Below are positions 59,014 to 64,000 of a DNA stretch of 64,000 bases, in pieces. The stretch is from an uncultured Pseudomonadota bacterium. Its GTDB lineage: Bacteria; Pseudomonadota; Gammaproteobacteria; Xanthomonadales; Wenzhouxiangellaceae. The notes beneath the pieces were generated by a model, which saw only the letters and a list, made by a program, of their open reading frames with translations, searched no databases and was not told the DNA's origin. The stretch covers positions 13,355-77,354 of the forward strand of contig CAKZPB010000137.1 of assembly GCA_937138395.1 (NCBI GenBank), in the 5' to 3' direction. The number at the start of each line of letters is the position of its first letter. Position 1 is the stretch's first letter. Made by a program: the position numbers and the translations under genes.

Positions 59014-60090
59014 ATGCTGCCGCTGCCGATCGATCGCGCGGTCAATCACGCAGTCAAACACAAAGAAACGAAGACCAATCAGAGCGCTGTGAATTCACGA
59101 CCAGATCATTCAACCGACACGCTGAATCAGCCGTTGGTCGCCATCATCAATCCGCAGAGTTTTCGCATGAGCCTGCGTGATCGAGCTGAACAAAGCATCC
59201 GGATCGTCGAGACCGCAGGCGGCAAGGTCTATCGGGCAAGCCAGCTCTCCGAGATCGAAGGGGCATTGGCACAAGCGTTTGCTGGAAGCACTGCAGCGCT
59301 TCCAGCACGTCTGGTGATCGCCGGCGGTGACGGCACGCTCCAGGCTTGCGTCAGTTGGCTGGGCCAACACCTTGATGCCGAACAGTGGCCGGATGTTATT
59401 CTGCTCGGCGCAGGAAGAACCAACTATGTCGCACACGATATCGGCACTGGACGCAATTTCCTCAAAACCCTCGACGCGATGTTGACCCAACCGCCTGGCG
59501 CGCTGCAGACGGTTCGCCGTCATACGCTACAGCTCGAGCACCCCGATCTCGGTCAGCAGATCGGATTTTTCGTTGCCGGCGGGCTGGTAGACGATGTGAT
59601 TCGCGAGATTCACCAATGGCGTGCCGAAAAACCAGGCTGGCACCGAACCAACCGCGCCGCGACCGCCATCGGGCTTGTGCGTGAGGGGCTGCGATGGCTG
59701 TCGGGCAAGACCCGCTATACCGCCAGACCCATGACCATTAGAGCCGAGCCGCTCGGTGAATTGAACGGGCCCTGCAGGCTGATCATCATGACCACGCTCA
59801 TTTTATCCGGCAAGTGGATCAATCCCTATAACAGTGTCGGCATCGGGCCGCTACGCATCAATGCCATACGGCAGGATGCGCCCGCGTTCAAACGCCGCTT
59901 TTTGCGGCTGTTGGTGGGTCGGTTTACGCCATTGATGAATCTAGAAAACGGTTATTTATCAGGATATTGCAGTACAATATCAATAAGCAACATCAAAAAT
60001 ATCATGATTGACGGTCAAGCCTTTGATCTCAAACCATCCAGCCCGCTTCGGATCGTGGCCGGCCCGACCGTACGATTTCTACTGCCATGA
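59014..60090 (+). CDS. Diacylglycerol/lipid kinase catalytic-domain protein (DAGK_cat/YegS/LCB5-like fold)
   Basis: LVAIINPQSFRMS, LVIAGGDGTL and ILLGAGRTNYVAHDIG correspond to DAGK_cat motifs (NP.sG, GGDGT, P.GT.N). Confidence 0.7.
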   Translation: MLPLPIDRAVNHAVKHKETKTNQSAVNSRPDHSTDTLNQPLVAIINPQSFRMSLRDRAEQSIRIVETAGGKVYRASQLSEIEGALAQAFAGSTAALPARLVIAGGDGTLQACVSWLGQHLDAEQWPDVILLGAGRTNYVAHDIGTGRNFLKTLDAMLTQPPGALQTVRRHTLQLEHPDLGQQIGFFVAGGLVDDVIREIHQWRAEKPGWHRTNRAATAIGLVREGLRWLSGKTRYTARPMTIRAEPLGELNGPCRLIIMTTLILSGKWINPYNSVGIGPLRINAIRQDAPAFKRRFLRLLVGRFTPLMNLENGYLSGYCSTISISNIKNIMIDGQAFDLKPSSPLRIVAGPTVRFLLP

Positions 60091-61046
60091 AAGACCTGAC
60101 CACTGTCGATTTGATGCATCAAGATCTGACCGGCAGCCTGCCCGAGGGTCTTGAACCGCTGTTGAGCAAGCTGCACTCGCGCTTCGGCGAAGCGCTATGC
60201 GGCGTGGTGCTGTACGGGTCATGCCGCCGTATGGACGATACCAGTGAAGGCCTGGTCGATTTGATGGCCATTGTATCCAGCTATCGTGCAGTTCACGGCC
60301 GGGGGCTTTCGGCGGTGTTGAATCGTCTAGTGCCACCAAACGTCTACTATCTTGAAGCGCGGTCCGATGCGTCCGGATCCAGTGCGGAACACATCATTCG
60401 CTGCAAGTACATTGTCATCACGGCATCACAGCTGCAGCAGCGCTGCAGTACTGGATTGGACGCGTATTTCTGGGCGCGCTTCACCCAGCCCTGCCGCATG
60501 GTGTGGCAGCGCAATCCAAGCGAGCTGCAGGCCATGACACGTTGCCGCGTCAATGCAGCAGAACGATTCGCACGTAAAGCAGCGCTGCTTGGGCCTGCCG
60601 AACTCAGTGGCGAAGCATTCTGGGTTCGTGCCATCCAGGCCAGCTACGGCTGCGAACTTCGACCGGAAGCGCCCGCTGCAGCAGCTCGACTGGTCGCGCA
60701 TGATCAGCAGTTCTGGCAGCAGCTGACTGCCGCTGTGGCTCAAGATTCAATGCTGATCCAACTACAGCACGATCAGCGCAACCAGTACCGAATCAGACTG
60801 ACGTCGACTCAACGGCTGTCGGGCACCGTTGAATGGGCGCTGCGCCGCGTATGGGGAAAAACCAAGAATGCCCTGCGTGTGCTCAAAGCCGCAGGCACAT
60901 TCACAAATGGCCTGGATTACCTGGTCTGGAAAATCGAGCGCCACAGCGGCATCCGCGTAGAGCCAACGGAGCGGATGCGACGCCATCCACGATTGGCTGC
61001 CTGGGGTCTGGTATTTCGTCTTTGGCGTGAAGGCGCGTTTCGATGA
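60087..61046 (+). CDS. Tam41/Mmp37-like nucleotidyltransferase (putative phosphatidate cytidylyltransferase fold)
   Basis: VVLYGSCRR, LVDLMAIVSSY, PPNVYYLEA...IRCKYIVITASQL and YFWARFTQPCRMV run parallel to yeast Tam41 blocks FGYGSGVF, IDIILGV, GVYFNPF...VKYGVVS and YLAGRLQKPV, as recalled from memory. Confidence 0.6.
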   Translation: MKDLTTVDLMHQDLTGSLPEGLEPLLSKLHSRFGEALCGVVLYGSCRRMDDTSEGLVDLMAIVSSYRAVHGRGLSAVLNRLVPPNVYYLEARSDASGSSAEHIIRCKYIVITASQLQQRCSTGLDAYFWARFTQPCRMVWQRNPSELQAMTRCRVNAAERFARKAALLGPAELSGEAFWVRAIQASYGCELRPEAPAAAARLVAHDQQFWQQLTAAVAQDSMLIQLQHDQRNQYRIRLTSTQRLSGTVEWALRRVWGKTKNALRVLKAAGTFTNGLDYLVWKIERHSGIRVEPTERMRRHPRLAAWGLVFRLWREGAFR

Positions 61047-62830
61047 ACAACGCCGTTACATCCGCAGCTGAATCGCCCGATTCGACCACTACCAGCGGCA
61101 GCGGCCGGATGCTGTTTGCCTTTTTGAGGCGTTATCCGGCGCGCAGCGGCCTGGTGCTGATTGCACTGCTGGCCTCCAGCCTGCTGGACGGCGTTGGTTT
61201 GTCAGCTATTCTGACCATGCTGTCCCAGGCAACTGAAAGCATCACATCGGACGGTTCATTGAGCCAGCACTCGTTGCCTGAACAGTGGATCGCGCAGGTG
61301 TTCAGCGCACTGGGGCTGTCCTTCAACTTGTTCAACCTGCTGATTTTCTCGATCGTCATCATGCTGTTCAAAGTCCTGCTGGTGCTCGTGGCCAATCGTC
61401 AGGTTGGCTATGCCGTGGCCCAGGTCGCTACCGACTTGCGCCTGGACTTGCTGCGCGCGGTGGTCAACAGCCGCTGGCGATACTATCTGTCCAAACCACT
61501 CGGCAGCCTGTCCAATGCCATGGCTACCGAAGCTCAGCGTGCTTCAGAAGGATATCTGCAAGGCGCCGTTATGGCCACTCAGATCATCAGCGCGGCGATC
61601 TACACGATGCTGGCGCTGATGATTTCCTGGCAGTTCAGCCTGGCCGCGCTCGGTCTATCGCTGCTGGTGTTGTTGAGTCTGAATCTGTTGGTTAGAATCG
61701 CAGGAAAAGCCGGTCGTCAGCAAACCGGCTTATTGAAATCGATCCTGACCGTCATGACCGACCAGCTAACCGCCATCAAGCCGCTCAAGGCCATGGCACG
61801 TGAACACCAGATGGACACCATACTCACGACACAAACCGAGGACCTGAACCAGGCGCTGAGAAAGCAGGTGTTCAGCAAGGAAGCGATGAAGGCGCTGCAG
61901 GAAGGATTACTGGTCATACTGGCGGCCATCGGCCTCTACATCATGCTGGCCAGGCTTGACATGCAGGCCGGTGCGGTGATGATTCTGATCCTGCTCCTGG
62001 TTCGTATTACCGGTTTCTTGTCCAAGGCCCAGCGCGCCTGGCAGGAAACAGCCATCAGTGAAAGCGCATTCTGGTCGCTGACAGAAGCCATTGACGAGGC
62101 ACGCGTCGAACATGAACCACGACACGGACTTGCCCAACCCGAGTTAAGCGGACAGATCCGGTTTCGGGCGGTATCGTTCAGTCATCCAGGCAAGCCGGTC
62201 TTTGACCAGGTCAACTTCGATCTTCCAGTCCGGAAACTGAGTGTGATTGTTGGTCCTTCTGGAGTCGGGAAAACCACGCTGATCGATCTTGTCGTTGGAT
62301 TGCTCGAGCCGGATGCCGGGGAAATCATTATTGGACAGACCCCGCTGCAGACCCTGGACCAGTTCCAGTGGCGACGCATGATCGGGTATGTGCCCCAGGA
62401 AGCGCTGTTGGTCAATGACACGATTGCAAAAAACATCACCCTGGGCAGCCCTGAACTATCCGATCAAGACGTTCGGGAAGCACTGAACGCGGCCGATGCA
62501 CTGGAGTTCGTGGAGCAAATGCCACACGGTATCCATACCATGATCGGTGAGCGCGGCGGACAGTTGTCTGGTGGCCAAAGACAGCGTCTGGCCATCGCGC
62601 GGGCATTGGTGCAGCGTCCAGCACTGCTCATCCTTGATGAGGCCACCAGCAATCTGGATCAGGGCTCCGAACAGGCAGTGCTCCGGACGATCGAGCGGTT
62701 GAAGGGCTCACTGACCATGCTGGCAGTCACGCACCATCAGCCGCTCAAGCAGATTGCAGACATTGTGTTGCAGCTGGATCAGGATGGTGTCGCTTCCAAT
62801 TCTCACCCGTCTATACAAGGCGCTGACTGA
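61043..62830 (+). CDS. ABC exporter, fused permease/ATPase (MsbA-like type I exporter)
   Basis: Six-TM N-terminal half, Walker A GPSGVGKTT, signature LSGGQRQRLAIARAL, Walker B LILDEATS. Confidence 0.9.
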   Translation: MNNAVTSAAESPDSTTTSGSGRMLFAFLRRYPARSGLVLIALLASSLLDGVGLSAILTMLSQATESITSDGSLSQHSLPEQWIAQVFSALGLSFNLFNLLIFSIVIMLFKVLLVLVANRQVGYAVAQVATDLRLDLLRAVVNSRWRYYLSKPLGSLSNAMATEAQRASEGYLQGAVMATQIISAAIYTMLALMISWQFSLAALGLSLLVLLSLNLLVRIAGKAGRQQTGLLKSILTVMTDQLTAIKPLKAMAREHQMDTILTTQTEDLNQALRKQVFSKEAMKALQEGLLVILAAIGLYIMLARLDMQAGAVMILILLLVRITGFLSKAQRAWQETAISESAFWSLTEAIDEARVEHEPRHGLAQPELSGQIRFRAVSFSHPGKPVFDQVNFDLPVRKLSVIVGPSGVGKTTLIDLVVGLLEPDAGEIIIGQTPLQTLDQFQWRRMIGYVPQEALLVNDTIAKNITLGSPELSDQDVREALNAADALEFVEQMPHGIHTMIGERGGQLSGGQRQRLAIARALVQRPALLILDEATSNLDQGSEQAVLRTIERLKGSLTMLAVTHHQPLKQIADIVLQLDQDGVASNSHPSIQGAD

Positions 62831-63756
62831 TGCGTATGCTATTCAAACGGCTGGTTCGTCGCATCAACAGCATGTGGGTCATCGGCATTGCCAACTGGGC
62901 CAGTCGTGGCGGCATAGAGCGGGTTCAGCGCACCGGCCATGTGCTGGGCAGCCTGCATTACTATCTGGCCTGGCCTTTCAACGCCAAACTCAGGAGAGAT
63001 ATTGGATCTGCGCTCGAGCTGACAAAACGCGAGGCGCGCGCCGTGCTCAAGCAGAGCTGGATTCTGAATGATCAGGCCGCATTTCAGATTCTTTGTCAAG
63101 GCAGCCCGGCGTTTGATCCAGCCCCGTTGATCGATTCTGTGACGATCCAAGGTACCGAGAAACTCCGTCCATATCGCGACAATAAGCAGGGCGCGATCCT
63201 GCTCAGCATGCACATGGGCAATACCCTGCTCGCAGCCTCCAATCTGATTCAGCAGGGCTATGGCATCCGTGCTGTATTCAGGGAACCTCACCGCCTGCCG
63301 AAAGGCTATCTCGAGCAGTGCATGGATCGTGTCGGCCTGCGCCCGATGGGCATGGATCGGGCCGATCCTTCGAAAATAGCCATTGAAATGCTGAATACTA
63401 TTCAGATGGGCGAAATGGTGTTTGTTTTGATGGATCAGGGCAGCAAGAAGCAAGGCCTGCCGGTTACTTTCCTGAACAAGCAAGTACTGATGCCGAGCGG
63501 AATCGTGCGAATTGCCGAGAAAACGGGTGTGCCGGTGTTTCCGGTCAATACCATAGCGGTTCAACCGGATATGCATTTTGAAGTCGGAGAGCCCATTCTC
63601 ATGGGCCCGGACCGCGATGAGAATATCCGAATGCTGAGTCGTCAGATGGAACAGCACATCATCCGATATCCGCACCTGTGGGCCTGGCATCACCGACGAT
63701 GGAAGCGGTATGATTTGCTACAGGATACTGAAACTGAATCAACCGGTCCAAGCTGA
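62830..63756 (+). CDS. LpxL/HtrB-family (lipid A biosynthesis-type) acyltransferase homolog with an atypical catalytic motif
   Basis: C-terminal YPHLWAWHHRRWK resembles PEQYLWLHRRFK. The HMGNTL segment (63211-63228) sits where LpxL has HFMSLE (HX4E). Confidence 0.7.
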   Translation: MRMLFKRLVRRINSMWVIGIANWASRGGIERVQRTGHVLGSLHYYLAWPFNAKLRRDIGSALELTKREARAVLKQSWILNDQAAFQILCQGSPAFDPAPLIDSVTIQGTEKLRPYRDNKQGAILLSMHMGNTLLAASNLIQQGYGIRAVFREPHRLPKGYLEQCMDRVGLRPMGMDRADPSKIAIEMLNTIQMGEMVFVLMDQGSKKQGLPVTFLNKQVLMPSGIVRIAEKTGVPVFPVNTIAVQPDMHFEVGEPILMGPDRDENIRMLSRQMEQHIIRYPHLWAWHHRRWKRYDLLQDTETESTGPS

Positions 63757-64000
63757 TGCCCCTGATCACTCAACGCGTAATGAAAGGGCTGTTGCCATTT
63801 CTGAATCCGCACCAGACTCCAAGGCAGCGCAATCGCCCTGAAAAGATCATTCTGGGTGTCAAATCGGGCCATCGTCCGTCAGACAAACCTCCAGTGCGGA
63901 TCTTTCTCGGTACCGAACGCCAACAATTTCGTGCTGAACGCGTATTTCTATGGTCGGTCGAAAAACATCGCGACCCATCAAGAATCTACGAGATTTATCT
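63756..64000 (+). CDS. Hypothetical protein, 5' part only (runs off the window)
   Basis: ATG overlaps the upstream TGA (TGATG). My translation gives MPLITQRVMKGLLPF...VRIFLGTERQQFRAERVFLWSVEKHRDPSRIYEIYL. The frame is open to the window end, and the family is not recognised. Confidence 0.55.
   Translation, partial: MPLITQRVMKGLLPFLNPHQTPRQRNRPEKIILGVKSGHRPSDKPPVRIFLGTERQQFRAERVFLWSVEKHRDPSRIYEIY

Noticed and set aside
62839-63693. 284-aa ORF on the minus strand
   Set aside because: Antisense to the LpxL-like gene, which fits the tightly coupled + strand operon.

Overview
This is a 64-kb chromosomal segment from a gammaproteobacterium, with moderately high GC judged by eye (not computed). 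It is densely packed with core genes. The main blocks are: the conserved ndk-rlmN-pilW-rodZ-hisS-yfgM-bamB-der block; ibpA; dinB; fadD; lhr; lipA; ptrB; arfB; acnA; mnmA-hflD; a LysR regulator divergent from aceBA (glyoxylate shunt); clpSA; infA; a tRNA Gly-Cys-Leu cluster; arcA; an RND efflux operon; and ffh/ypjD/yfjD.

I found no CRISPR array, transposase, integrase or recognisable defence gene.

The clearest sequence-level signal is a near-canonical 28-bp dif site (XerC/XerD) at 47119-47146. The GGGNAGGG motifs I could find by eye point toward it from both sides, so the window probably spans the replication terminus. The right flank of dif looks decayed or accessory: an AT-rich spacer, a small two-EF-hand gene, a frameshifted amidohydrolase fragment, and two tandem secreted paralogs.

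The best candidate for an undescribed system is a five-gene, translationally coupled cluster at 59014 to beyond 64000. It encodes a DAG-kinase-fold lipid kinase, a Tam41/Mmp37-like nucleotidyltransferase, an MsbA-like ABC exporter, an LpxL/HtrB-family acyltransferase with an atypical active-site motif, and an unknown protein. This suggests a dedicated pathway for lipid activation, acylation and export.

Other items worth follow-up:
- a single-polypeptide GT2 (polyprenyl-phosphate sugar synthase-like) plus PMT/ArnT-like glycosyltransferase fusion
- a roughly 200-nt highly self-complementary element in the 450-bp gap upstream of lhr
- a bactofilin operon with a degenerate methyltransferase-like partner
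- a GCS2-like ligase fused to CBS domains
- an insertion of about 40 aa in Der
- a MoeB/ThiF protein with an N-terminal rhodanese domain

All functional calls rest on motif recognition from the supplied translations. No database search was run.
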